Shown piece after piece: positions 18,514-28,372 of a DNA stretch of 64,000 nucleotides. The position numbers were made by a program, and so were the translations under genes. Every line of letters starts with the position of its first letter. Within the stretch, counting starts at the first letter, position 1. This DNA is from a virus (Duplodnaviria; Caudoviricetes), in the IMG/VR virus record IMGVR_UViG_3300023263_000002, positions 36,946-100,945 of that record; one strand, written 5' to 3'. The notes beneath the pieces were generated by a model. The model saw only the letters and a program-made list of their open reading frames with translations, was not told the DNA's origin and did no database searches.

Positions 18514-20115
18514 CTAGTCCAACCTTATCACTGAAAAGGATACCTGGTATATCCCATTCGTATAGTCAGGACCAGGAGACCGTTGTATAGATTCTTGGTA
18601 TGCCGGATCGTCCGAGCCGAACTTGAATGTCTTCTCCAAACCAGTGAACGGATCCGTAATCATGAAAGGCAGAGTGCCTTCCTTCAGAGTTGTATGATAG
18701 AACTCAACAAAGGCGAGGTATTCCTCCTGCGTCAAGCCGGGGCAGTTTACTTGATACAACCGATTGGTTGCACTCGCGCGGCGACGATCGATAGGCGGTC
18801 CGATATCAGGTTTGAACGAGATCTTATTCGACTGCGGACCACCTTGGATATCAACCGTCCAGTTGTTCGGGATGGTATCAGTCGGCCACTCCGTAACAAG
18901 CTCAGTGATTGCAAAGTGCCCAAGCTCGAATACCGTGCCTGTGTAGAATTGGAAGATGCCCGAGCGTCCTGCGACTGTAATATCGCTATCAGACGTATCG
19001 AGGAGCCAAGTCGATGGCTCTGTAGAACCCTCGGCCCAGATCCTAGCCTTGAGTGATGAGCCGCGAACTCGGAACCGCATCCAATAGTTTGTATTTAGAG
19101 ACCAGCTGAAGTTCTCTACATCGAGAATCGAGGTCCCTGCGAGGTGCTTCGCGATACTGACCGTGTCGCGCAGTCCTGCACTAGACTGGGTGAGCAAAAA
19201 TGAGTAGGCCTGCTCAGAAGCGGCGGCTCCTCCGCCACGGACAGCAATGCCTACACGCGCGAGATCACTCTGGGCTGTAACCCTGATTAGTGCCAGCGCT
19301 TCGACATCGTCCAAGAGTGGGATCACATCCCAGGACCACATCGTCAGAGCATTGGAACTCTGCTTCGTGAATTCAGCACCCTGGCCAGACGGGAAGTATG
19401 GAACAGGGGTGTCAAAGGCGATTGCAGCCCAGCCACTCTGAGAAGGAACATCGTTTGTACTCACTGCGATGCTGATCGAGGACTCTTCTGTCTTAATCAA
19501 CTTATCAGCAGCAGACCGATACGATGTACCATCAACTAGTCCGTCTACGCGCTCGTCGAGCGTAGACCAGAACATGTCAATTCCAGCGACACCTCCTGTT
19601 ACTGCTTGGGCCAAGACCACGCTGCGTTGCGCTACAGCGATTGCCGCCTCAGCGTTCACTGAAGGCGACGTAACTTCTGCGTCGTGCGTAGCTTCATCAT
19701 TGCCATACAGTCTCCAGACAACAATGGCACACCGATTGAAGGCCGATACGAAGGTGACTGTTATATCGCCATGCGCGAAGCTGCTTGGCTCCAACATGAA
19801 GAAGGCATTGATCTGATTGCCACCGGGCTGCTGCTCTAATATCTGATTGCCACCGGTTCCGTCAATCGTCACAGAGGCGATGCCAATCGCGTTATTCGTC
19901 TGCCCTTGCACAGCAACGATGTACGTGCCGAACTCATCGATCAATCCAGAGAAGGTGTACGATGTGGCGTCAGTACCATCTACTCCAGACCCAATAAACT
20001 CGTAGCCGATGCCGAGGACCTCAGCAACGGCCGCTGTATTCCAACGCTTCGTCCAATCAGATTCCGACAGATCGCCAGCTGCCAGATACCCACCAAACTT
20101 GGTTATGTATGACAT
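18514..20115 (-). CDS. Distal tail protein with large N-terminal beta-sandwich domains
   Basis: Directly after the TMP. C-terminal ~130 aa (PDIGPPIDRRR, FYHTTLKEGTLPF) is Dit/gpM-like. Confidence 0.7.
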   Translation of the reverse strand: MSYITKFGGYLAAGDLSESDWTKRWNTAAVAEVLGIGYEFIGSGVDGTDATSYTFSGLIDEFGTYIVAVQGQTNNAIGIASVTIDGTGGNQILEQQPGGNQINAFFMLEPSSFAHGDITVTFVSAFNRCAIVVWRLYGNDEATHDAEVTSPSVNAEAAIAVAQRSVVLAQAVTGGVAGIDMFWSTLDERVDGLVDGTSYRSAADKLIKTEESSISIAVSTNDVPSQSGWAAIAFDTPVPYFPSGQGAEFTKQSSNALTMWSWDVIPLLDDVEALALIRVTAQSDLARVGIAVRGGGAAASEQAYSFLLTQSSAGLRDTVSIAKHLAGTSILDVENFSWSLNTNYWMRFRVRGSSLKARIWAEGSTEPSTWLLDTSDSDITVAGRSGIFQFYTGTVFELGHFAITELVTEWPTDTIPNNWTVDIQGGPQSNKISFKPDIGPPIDRRRASATNRLYQVNCPGLTQEEYLAFVEFYHTTLKEGTLPFMITDPFTGLEKTFKFGSDDPAYQESIQRSPGPDYTNGIYQVSFSVIRLD

Positions 20116-20125
20116 GCCTCATCCC

Positions 20126-22438
20126 TTACCGGCGAGTACCGACTACTTGGTTTCCGTAGCGGCCTCGCATCGAACCATCAAAGGCTCCGCGGGTCATACC
20201 CTTGTTTGTCTCTTCAATGACAAACCTACGGATTTCCTCACCATCTGAACTCCGCGTTGACTCTTCCTTAACCTGAGCGCTGGAGTTGTTTATAATCTGA
20301 ACCGTCACCCGGCCATTGTCATTCTCGCCGCGCGGAATAACCTTCTCACCTTTTTGAAGGATCGCCGGTACTTCATCAGCGCCAAGGATGCTGCCGCCTT
20401 TGTGCATCCGCGGAGCACCCATGAGAGCAGAAGCAGAAACCATTCTCCTCACGCCGCTACCGCTACCAACCACACCACCTGAATGGAACAGTGACATGAG
20501 CGCCTGTCCCATGGCACCACCTCCCTGCACCTGTCCGCCTCCGAACAGCGGTTGCAGCACAGCCATGCGAAGTGCGATCATTGCAATGTCAGCGATAATG
20601 GATCTCGTCAACTCGTTAAAGTCGATCTTTCCGGTCTCGATAAAGCTACGGAAGGCACCTTCCAGTCCACTCGATATCGCGCCAGTGATGTCTTCAACGA
20701 ACTTCAAATCCTTTGCGCGCAACTCCTCGAGCTTCTTCTGCGTGACTGCTGCCAACTGCTCGCGCGCTTGGTTATACTGCTCCTCGGAAATCAACTTCTG
20801 ATCAAGGAGTTCTTTAAACTTCTCGAGTTCGCGATCGTGTTCAACCTGTATGAGTCGCGCGTTCTGTTTGGTCGCCTCGAGATATTCAGACTCCAAAGCT
20901 TGAAGCGCGCTAAGGGCTGCCTTCTGTTTTGCTGCCTGGCCCTCAACATCAGCGGGAGGAGGAATATCTTTATCGTCTGTACGCTCGATTGTTTTTCCGG
21001 GAGGCGCCTGGCCTGCGAGCGTTGACTGTAGCTGACCTTGGAGACGAATGAACTCCTGCGTGGTCGCCATATTCTCGAGCATCGCCTTTCGACCGGCCTC
21101 GAGACGATTAATCGCACTAAGCGGACGGTTGCCTGCTCGTGATTCTGCGAGAACTCTATCAAGCTGATCAAGCTCTGCCTGCTGACCTTCCAAGGTGGCT
21201 TGAAGAGTGTTGAGTGACTGCTGCTGTAGCGGGGCCATTCCCTTCAAGCTTGTGGCCATCGACCTGAGTGCTTGTGCAGCTCTATCAGCCAACACCTCGA
21301 ACGCGTGCCCGAGGCCGCTCTCTCCGATTGCGACAGCGAGACCTTTCGCCGCCGAGCCGAGTTCGATAAACGCGCCTTTCAGACCTTCCATCTGAGTAGC
21401 AGCGATTCGCTTTGATGTTCCTGACACCTTACTCAAGGCGCCCTCAAAGCGATTAAGCTCATCTGCTCCGGCCTTGGTCAAAGCTGCAATGCCCTGGAAT
21501 GGTCGTGCACCAAACACTGTGCTCAAATCAGCGAGGCCGCGAGCACCTGCTTTGGACATCGGCTCGAACTGCTTCACGATCTCAACAAGGGACTTGAGCT
21601 TCCCTGTCGTGTCAATTACACTGATTCCCCAAGCCTTCATAATCTTAGCAGCTTCGGGGACGGGATCAATCAAGCGCTGGATGATGCCGCGCAGAGCAGT
21701 ACCTGCTGTAGAACCTTTCGTACCGGCTTGGGCCATGACACCGATAGCCGCGGCAACTTGTTCAATGCTGTACCCAGCTTGCTCAGAGATGCCAGATGCG
21801 TATTTGAACGCGTAGGCGAGTTCGGTAACGCTAGTCGTAGAATCAACACTCGTCTTTGTCAGAACGTCAACGGCGCGGTCGAGGTCTTTAACTGTTAGAC
21901 CCATACCCGTCATAATGTTGACAACCGCCTCAGTAGACGTCGCCAGGTCCATGCCTTCAACAGCGGCTAGGTTCAAGGTGCTGGCCACGCCTCCGTACAC
22001 CTGCCCAGCGTTCATGCCGGCCTTGGCCATAAGAGTCATCGCCTCAGCAACCTGTTCTGCTGAGTAGCGAGTGGTAAGTCCTAACTCCTGCGCTTTGTTG
22101 TTAAGCAGGGAGAACTCCGAGCCTGTCGTTTGCAAGACAGCTCGCACCGTATTCATGTTGTATTCGAATTCAGCGAACTGAGCAGTTACCTTATACAGTG
22201 CAAAGCCGGCAGTCAACGTCCCGAGGAACGCGAACTGCCGGGCGAACACTGATATGGCTCCACTCGCCCTTGTCGAAGCGGCGCCGAGCGTATCGAATTG
22301 CTTGGCTGTGGTGCCTGCTGCGCGAGTCGCAGAAGCATCGAATCTTGCGAGCTCCGCACGCGCGCGTTGTAGATCGCGCAAGAACAAAGCCATGTTCGCA
22401 CGAACCGCAACTTCCACAGATCCAGCAACTTGCGTCAT
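20126..22438 (-). CDS. Tape measure protein (TP901-like core)
   Basis: 770 aa, Ala/Gly-rich helical; TTRYSAEQVAEAM, GSTAGTALR; C-terminal FHSGG and EVPAILQKGE. Confidence 0.92.
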   Translation of the reverse strand: MTQVAGSVEVAVRANMALFLRDLQRARAELARFDASATRAAGTTAKQFDTLGAASTRASGAISVFARQFAFLGTLTAGFALYKVTAQFAEFEYNMNTVRAVLQTTGSEFSLLNNKAQELGLTTRYSAEQVAEAMTLMAKAGMNAGQVYGGVASTLNLAAVEGMDLATSTEAVVNIMTGMGLTVKDLDRAVDVLTKTSVDSTTSVTELAYAFKYASGISEQAGYSIEQVAAAIGVMAQAGTKGSTAGTALRGIIQRLIDPVPEAAKIMKAWGISVIDTTGKLKSLVEIVKQFEPMSKAGARGLADLSTVFGARPFQGIAALTKAGADELNRFEGALSKVSGTSKRIAATQMEGLKGAFIELGSAAKGLAVAIGESGLGHAFEVLADRAAQALRSMATSLKGMAPLQQQSLNTLQATLEGQQAELDQLDRVLAESRAGNRPLSAINRLEAGRKAMLENMATTQEFIRLQGQLQSTLAGQAPPGKTIERTDDKDIPPPADVEGQAAKQKAALSALQALESEYLEATKQNARLIQVEHDRELEKFKELLDQKLISEEQYNQAREQLAAVTQKKLEELRAKDLKFVEDITGAISSGLEGAFRSFIETGKIDFNELTRSIIADIAMIALRMAVLQPLFGGGQVQGGGAMGQALMSLFHSGGVVGSGSGVRRMVSASALMGAPRMHKGGSILGADEVPAILQKGEKVIPRGENDNGRVTVQIINNSSAQVKEESTRSSDGEEIRRFVIEETNKGMTRGAFDGSMRGRYGNQVVGTRR

Positions 22439-23081
22439 TTCTTCTTCGCTTTCTTCTTAGGAAGTTTTACTTTGCCTGTCTGCACAAGAAGATTGTGTGT
22501 CTTTGCGAACTGTTTGATCTCGTCCGCTTTGGCTGTCTTCGGACGGTCCGCTGTGTCCCTAGATCCGAAGAGTAGTTGAAACATCTCCATCCTGCCTTGG
22601 TACGCATAGAGGAGATAACAGATGTCGCATTCTAACGCTTGTTCTGGTTGCCATCCGAGCCAACCCGCTGCAAACTCCAGCAGCTTGCTGTAATACTGCG
22701 AAAGAGTTACAGGCTCGGACTTGGAGGGTTTCCCTCTTCTTCCTGCTCCTCAGTAGTCTTGTCAACGTTGATAGGCCGGCCGCCGTTGTTGACCACATGA
22801 ATGAACGATATCAAGGCTGGCCGGAGTTCGACCAATCCCGTCTTGTATACCTTCTCCTGGAGCTCTTTCGAGACTGGACGGTTCAATCCAAAACCGACGA
22901 CGGAGACGATGGTATCGAAATCCATCGCCATAACCTTGCTGGCGGTCTCGTGCGGATTGTTGTGCAGCCGCGATACACTCATGCAAGCCTTGAGAGAAGG
23001 CTTCAGGAAAAGATCTTCACCATCGAGGGTGAAGGGAATGTCACCTGATCCAGGTAGCGGCAGTTCTACTGTCTTTGTCAT
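22435..23081 (-). CDS. Tail assembly chaperone: short form 22707-23081, long form by -1 frameshift ending at 22435
   Basis: G GGA AAC slippery heptamer at 22734-22728. The -1 frame is open (...LLEFAAGWLGWQPEQAL...) to a TGA overlapping the TMP ATG. Confidence 0.85.
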
Positions 23082-23119
23082 TGCTTGTCTCAGTTAGATT
23101 TCAGGAAAATGTGAGCTCG

Positions 23120-23220
23120 AGATCCACGAATCTGGACGAACGAGCGGTCGAAAGGGCTTTCCGCTATCTGCGGGGCGGCTAAGTCCCTTCCACGAGCGAG
23201 CGCCTGCGATTCGCAGAGCA
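23120..23220 (+). repeat. Dispersed ~95 bp intergenic element, copy D
   Basis: CGAATCTGGACGAA(c)GAGC (from 23127) matches 45331-45349; GCGGCTA; ends in TTCGCAGAGC. Confidence 0.65.
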
Positions 23221-23221
23221 A

Positions 23222-23686
23222 TTAGGTAGCGGTAACCTCAAGGATCTCGGTATTGATACCGACCATGAACGTCTGCCGGACGATGTTGTTCACCTGGCCG
23301 ACGTTACGGGTCTTTGACATCACCTTTCCGCTGAAGAATAACGTGGTGGGTGATCCACCGAGCGTCAGCTCATCGTTCAGCGTGACTTTGAAGTTGTAAT
23401 CAAAGTCGGTGGCGAACGCAGCAAGGAGGGCTTGCTGGCCCGAATCAGCCGGATCCGATCCGGTGATGATTGTCAGGGTCCCGGCGTTGAATGATCCCTT
23501 GAACTTCCGAGTGCGCCGATCCGCAAGAGCGGTGAACGTCACCTCCTCAGCCGTGTCGCCGAACTCACCGAGATCCTCGACCTCGCCAACTTCGACGTAG
23601 CTGTCAGATTCGTAGTCGATGACACTGTTCGCCTGCCCAGTGGTGCCGATGAACACCCTAGATTCCGCTGCTGTATTAACCGTCAT
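23222..23686 (-). CDS. Major tail tube protein
   Basis: VGEVEDLGEFGD, RTRKFKGSFNAG, D..D.GQ..L; precedes the chaperone. Confidence 0.88.
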   Translation of the reverse strand: MTVNTAAESRVFIGTTGQANSVIDYESDSYVEVGEVEDLGEFGDTAEEVTFTALADRRTRKFKGSFNAGTLTIITGSDPADSGQQALLAAFATDFDYNFKVTLNDELTLGGSPTTLFFSGKVMSKTRNVGQVNNIVRQTFMVGINTEILEVTAT

Positions 23687-23699
23687 AGCACGTTCCTTT

Positions 23700-24959
23700 C
23701 TACGCTGTCTGTAAACGAATTGTTAGTGTGACTCCCCTAGCAATATGTTGGTAATCATCTGTTGGCGCAGGGAAGGGACCAACTACTACGATGTCGATAA
23801 TGTCGTATCCTGACACAGTCAAACTATCGGGATTGCGATGGAATTTATCACGAAGGTAATACCCAAGTTCTTCTACTACGCGATACTGACCATCCTGCTC
23901 ACCGTACGCAATCACGTCACGAGTGATAACCGGTCTCCGAGAAACAAGTGCATCCTCGTTGATGATGCTCGTGTCAGGATTAACAACGATCATAGGGTAT
24001 TCAGCACCCTCAGGAACCGGCCGCCGTGTATGAATAGAAGGCGACATGAATTGACCGAGCCTAGAGGTTATGTATAAATCATCAGCCAATGCAGCATATA
24101 TCGAAGAAGCCAGGTTCAAGGTGGCGCCGCCGCCCACGAGAGTGACAGCCTGTCCTTGTACTGCGACATCAACCGGGTCTACAGCTATTTGTAGATTGAT
24201 AATGTCAATGGTCTGTCCCGCAACTGCCGCTGCTGCTGCTGTTACCGGAATAGGATCTTCAAATAAGTCGATGGTCTGTCCGGCTACTGCTGCTTGAGCG
24301 GCATCGACTCCAACCACGCTCGCAGTAGAGAACGAAGCAACTACTTTTGCCGCGGCGTCATTAAGTAGAGTCGCTGTAATGGTGCGAGGCGTTTCAGCAG
24401 AAACCGCGCTGGCATACGCAGTGCTAAACCTGTTGGAGCCTTCTGCCGCAACGTCAATATCAGAGACCTCAGTAAGCCCTGTCCAAATGACTGTGTTGCC
24501 ATTTCCATCGTAGCTGGATCCAACAACAATGCCATCGGCTGACGTATTTACGCTGACATCAGAAACTCCAAGCGCGGCTGTCTTTGTAGCAAACGCTGAT
24601 GAGCTAGCATCAGGAGAAACAGCGACAGCGACAGCGTGCCGAATACAAACCTGATCATGTGTTAGAACGATATCAACATCTGTCTGGTTTGGATCTGGTA
24701 GGTTGTTCCTCGGCAGGACGAAAATGCCGACGTTAGATCTGACGTTGCCTCCGTCATTCTGACTAAAGAAAACGGCCTGTGTTGCAGCGACGCCGTCTAC
24801 TGAGCACGCCATGGTTGAGGCGTTAGCTATAGTACGAGCGCCAGCCGAAATATACAGGACATCGCTACCGCCATTCGCGCCGATCGCCTGCGCCGCAAAC
24901 GTCGGAGTCGCTGTGTCCGTTGAGCTGGACGCGATTGCGGTCTGTGTGACGCTCGCCAT
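23700..24959 (-). CDS. Tail terminator (DUF3168-like C-terminus) with a ~280 aa Ala/Ser/Thr-rich N-terminal extension
   Basis: C-terminal IYAALADD..PEGAEYPMIVV..LRDKFHR..RGVTLTIRL; located before the tail tube gene. Confidence 0.65.
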   Translation of the reverse strand: MASVTQTAIASSSTDTATPTFAAQAIGANGGSDVLYISAGARTIANASTMACSVDGVAATQAVFFSQNDGGNVRSNVGIFVLPRNNLPDPNQTDVDIVLTHDQVCIRHAVAVAVSPDASSSAFATKTAALGVSDVSVNTSADGIVVGSSYDGNGNTVIWTGLTEVSDIDVAAEGSNRFSTAYASAVSAETPRTITATLLNDAAAKVVASFSTASVVGVDAAQAAVAGQTIDLFEDPIPVTAAAAAVAGQTIDIINLQIAVDPVDVAVQGQAVTLVGGGATLNLASSIYAALADDLYITSRLGQFMSPSIHTRRPVPEGAEYPMIVVNPDTSIINEDALVSRRPVITRDVIAYGEQDGQYRVVEELGYYLRDKFHRNPDSLTVSGYDIIDIVVVGPFPAPTDDYQHIARGVTLTIRLQTA

Positions 24960-24994
24960 ACTGTTTGTATCTCCCAGGAACGATCAACTAAAAC

Positions 24995-25438
24995 CTAGCT
25001 AACAGTTCCCGCTCCCAGCCGCAGCAGCCCAAGGGTCGCGCTAAAGTCAAGAGTCCGGCTCTGTCCATCAGCCAGCGAGATGCCTGAGCCTACATCAAGA
25101 TAGCCGATCAGCGGATCCAGCGGAGACGACGGCGTGTCATCGTACAGCACCGGATACCGCCAGGTTGCCATCGTGCCACCGCTCGCAGTGATCACCAGAT
25201 CAGAAGCAATCAGCTCAGCGACAGCACTATCGAGCGTAAAGGTAATACCTGAGAGCGTGAACCCGCCGGTCGTGTATCCGTTACCATTCGCGATCTGTGT
25301 GATGTCGCTCAGCAAAGCTTGCGTGGCGATATTCGGAGCCGAGTTCGTCAGAGCCATCTTGAGCGCGTTGGTGTGCAGGTTATGAACACCGCGACCAACG
25401 TTCTGAAAGAACTGATTGAACAGAACCAAAGCTGCCAT
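24995..25438 (-). CDS. Virion structural protein
   Basis: LKMALTN, GNGYTTGG, YPVLYDDT, PLIGYLD; a pattern common in phage structural proteins. Confidence 0.65.
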   Translation of the reverse strand: MAALVLFNQFFQNVGRGVHNLHTNALKMALTNSAPNIATQALLSDITQIANGNGYTTGGFTLSGITFTLDSAVAELIASDLVITASGGTMATWRYPVLYDDTPSSPLDPLIGYLDVGSGISLADGQSRTLDFSATLGLLRLGAGTVS

Positions 25439-25453
25439 GATAATAAACTCCTT

Positions 25454-25870
25454 TTATCGACCGCCGCCGGCCAGGTAAGCTCTAACCTCAGCAGTCACTC
25501 TTGCGTTGATTTGCGCCGTGTGTACTGCCAAGGCCGGCCGCAGGAATGGCCGAGGCTCCATACGCACCGTGCCGTACTCGAGAGCAGCAGCATAACGCGC
25601 GCCCGCGTTGACATACACGTTCAACTTTGCAGCATCGATGCGCAGAGTGATTGAATTCTGTAAGGTGCCAATATCACCGGCTGGCGGCTCACCTGGCGCT
25701 GAAGCCTGATGCACTTTACCGCCGCGCGAATATACAGCACCAGTCTTTGGTCCCTCGACTATCGAGTTGATTGCGTAGTTACGAACGTCGTTTCCTACGC
25801 TAACCAACCCGCGCATGATAGCGTTGCGAACACCGATAGTTATTCTATCGCCATTCCAAGTTGTAGACAT
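25454..25870 (-). CDS. HK97 gp10-like neck/tail completion protein
   Basis: HQASAPGEPP, GTLQNSI, YAAALEYGT..MEPRPFLRPAL. Confidence 0.85.
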   Translation of the reverse strand: MSTTWNGDRITIGVRNAIMRGLVSVGNDVRNYAINSIVEGPKTGAVYSRGGKVHQASAPGEPPAGDIGTLQNSITLRIDAAKLNVYVNAGARYAAALEYGTVRMEPRPFLRPALAVHTAQINARVTAEVRAYLAGGGR

Positions 25871-26523
25871 TAGAATACTCCCCTCCGGATAAACACCATC
25901 CGAGTGCACTTCTTCGAACGATCGGGAAGCGTCTTGTGATACTCGAATCCCGCATCAAGGAAATCTTGCATTCCGGAAGTGCCGTTCCGAATATCAACAA
26001 TCACAGGATTTCCGTAGCTCAGACTCTTCCGAGCTAGGTCCATGTAAGTTGATGCTGCGTAATGATGCGCCCATGACCGAGTAGAGATTATCAGGTCTAC
26101 AGGAATAGGTGCAGCCGGATGCGGATCAGCAGTGTGCCGATATACTACGGCGCCACCTTTGACATTCCGCTTCACGATGTCAGTACCAATTCCAACATCG
26201 GCCCACGCCAAGGTGCTTGGTTTGATTCCTGTAATCCGCGGGATATTCTTTTCGCCGTCCATTAGGCGGATAGTAGAAACCTTTGAGATGCGCGCGAGGA
26301 AGACGTCGATGACGGCTAAGCCACAACCAATGTCGAGCGAGCGATCTGACTTGAACTCTGCTACTACTTCTTTGATTGTGTCGAACCGCGTGGCGATCGA
26401 CTCAACATGACGATGGAGATAAGAAGTAATAAACGCAGGATTCTGATTCTCGAAGTAGGGCTTTACTACATCGAGGTCAAATTCAACTGGACCATATGCG
26501 CTATCTACTTCTACGAGGGTCAT
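25870..26523 (-). CDS. Class I SAM methyltransferase, paralogue family M1
   Basis: LDIGCG, LMDG, DLIISTRSWAHHY; start and stop overlap both neck genes. Confidence 0.8.
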   Translation of the reverse strand: MTLVEVDSAYGPVEFDLDVVKPYFENQNPAFITSYLHRHVESIATRFDTIKEVVAEFKSDRSLDIGCGLAVIDVFLARISKVSTIRLMDGEKNIPRITGIKPSTLAWADVGIGTDIVKRNVKGGAVVYRHTADPHPAAPIPVDLIISTRSWAHHYAASTYMDLARKSLSYGNPVIVDIRNGTSGMQDFLDAGFEYHKTLPDRSKKCTRMVFIRRGVF

Positions 26524-26894
26524 GTCGGATCCGCTATCTGAAAACTCTGCAATTCCCAAGTTGCGATGCCTGGGTCTGTTCCAAGCCTGCGAACCTGGTA
26601 CCAGACGCCTCGGAACCGAACCTGATCATCTTTCCGAGGGGCGATTGCGAGGCTGCCAGCGATAATCAACAGCTTCACATCAGATTCTGGGATACCGGCT
26701 TGGGCTTTGTAGAAGGCTGAGTAGGTGTCCACAAAGCCTTCCAGGTTGTATGTAGTGTACGTCTTCTCTGTAGGATCACCTAGAGAGTCAACGACACCAC
26801 TAAACGTTGCTCTGCGCAGAATCCCCGTCAGCAGCCGGCCTTTGAACCCTTTGTAGATTTCGTTTCTTATCTGCGTTTCCAGAAACGACGGCAT
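26520..26894 (-). CDS. Head closure/stopper protein
   Basis: DVKLLIIAGSL..PRKDD..DPGIATWELQ; synteny. Confidence 0.7.
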   Translation of the reverse strand: MPSFLETQIRNEIYKGFKGRLLTGILRRATFSGVVDSLGDPTEKTYTTYNLEGFVDTYSAFYKAQAGIPESDVKLLIIAGSLAIAPRKDDQVRFRGVWYQVRRLGTDPGIATWELQSFQIADPT

Positions 26895-27258
26895 TGTCAG
26901 CTTCCTTTTCTTTCGCTTGGATAGTCTCCGCTAGAGAGATAATCTTCGCGCGGTCACTTCCGGGCCTTGGAATCTTATGCCGCGCCGCTAGCCAACTCAC
27001 GATAGCAGCAGTAGGCAACTGTTTGAAGTCGATTGAATGCGGAGCAATCAAGGCCGGCCGATCGAGATCACCCTGGACGATAAAACGCTGCTCGTACAAC
27101 TGGCGGAGTCTGCGAGTCGTTAGTAGAGTCTTATCGACAGTATCACCAAACTTAAGAACTGTTCCGGCTAGGGTAATCTGACGCTTGACAGTAAACTCAC
27201 ATTCACGATTAAAAGGCTGCATACGGGGAAATGCTGTATACCTGGGCATTGTTGCCAT
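26800..27258 (-). CDS. Hypothetical protein downstream of the capsid gene
   Basis: ORF with AAGGA RBS. Confidence 0.6.
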   Translation of the reverse strand: MATMPRYTAFPRMQPFNRECEFTVKRQITLAGTVLKFGDTVDKTLLTTRRLRQLYEQRFIVQGDLDRPALIAPHSIDFKQLPTAAIVSWLAARHKIPRPGSDRAKIISLAETIQAKEKEADNAVVSGNADKKRNLQRVQRPAADGDSAQSNV

Positions 27259-27307
27259 TCCTTCTAAGCCAGGTTCAATCTTGTGCAGTCACTAGGCTAG
27301 AAAAGTA

Positions 27308-28324
27308 TTAGCCAGTCACCACGTCGTTGAAGAAGACACCGAGGTCGGCGGCGACCTGCTGAAGATCCCAAGCCATGCGGCCCTGGAACCAATCGCTGTG
27401 CGCGCGCTCGTCACGGCCAGACTCGATCACGCCGCCCATCGCATTCGTGGCGCCGGGGATGAGGCCGGTCCAAGCGAAGTTGGCAATCGCGGTCGGCGAG
27501 TCGAGGCCGGGATTCGGCTCGATGTACGCCAGCAGCATGCCAGTACGATCGACGATGAAGTCGAAGTTGTCGGTGGCGCCCTCAGCCGCAGAGTTGTATA
27601 CCGACCGAGCCGTGATAACGTTGTCGACGTCGAACAGAGCAGCGAGGATCTGATCGTCGGCAACACCGTGCTGGACGTATTTGATACGGTCAGCGATATC
27701 CGGATGCGAACGCAGGGTCCGCTTCACGTCGGCGCCGAGGACGAGCGTGTTCGGCATGAAGCCGGTCAGCTCGTTCACCTGGTCCTTCGCAAGGTCGATA
27801 ACACCGATCGGATCCGACGAGGCATCATTGAACTGCAGGAACTGGAGGGAACCCGGAGTTGATGCAACGCCTTCAAAGTTCGTCGTCCAGACGCCGGAAC
27901 GGAAGAAGTTCTGGGCCCAGACACGGTCCTGCTTGATCAGGTGCTTCTGCGTCAGCAGGATCGTGGCGTTCTCGTCGAGGCGGATAGGATCGTCCGCGTT
28001 GGCGCGCTGGCGATCGTCAACGGTGTGCTCCAGAGCGAACTCGGTCGCGCTGTAGGTGCCTTCGCCGATCTTGTAACCGACCTGGACAGGGCGGCCGCCA
28101 AGCGGACGGGGCTTGGCTTCATCACGCCAGAAGTAGCCACGATCGTAGACAACGAATTTGTCGGTCTGCTTCAAGACCGGGATCACGGAGGCGGCCCGCT
28201 GCGCGATAAACTTGTTCGAGTCCTGAACGAACATCACAGAGAAGTCGGTCAGGTACCGATCAATATGCAACGTCCCCTCGATGTTCGTTGCCGACGGGGA
28301 ATTCTTCCTGATACGCATTGTCAT
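27308..28324 (-). CDS. Major capsid protein
   Basis: 338 aa; HIDRYLTDFSV, SDPI, PNTLVLG, LRSHPDI; strong codon bias; synteny. Confidence 0.9.
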   Translation of the reverse strand: MTMRIRKNSPSATNIEGTLHIDRYLTDFSVMFVQDSNKFIAQRAASVIPVLKQTDKFVVYDRGYFWRDEAKPRPLGGRPVQVGYKIGEGTYSATEFALEHTVDDRQRANADDPIRLDENATILLTQKHLIKQDRVWAQNFFRSGVWTTNFEGVASTPGSLQFLQFNDASSDPIGVIDLAKDQVNELTGFMPNTLVLGADVKRTLRSHPDIADRIKYVQHGVADDQILAALFDVDNVITARSVYNSAAEGATDNFDFIVDRTGMLLAYIEPNPGLDSPTAIANFAWTGLIPGATNAMGGVIESGRDERAHSDWFQGRMAWDLQQVAADLGVFFNDVVTG

Positions 28325-28372
28325 AAGCCCTTCTATATTTATGTGGTACTGAGTGCCTAACCGATGTTGTTG

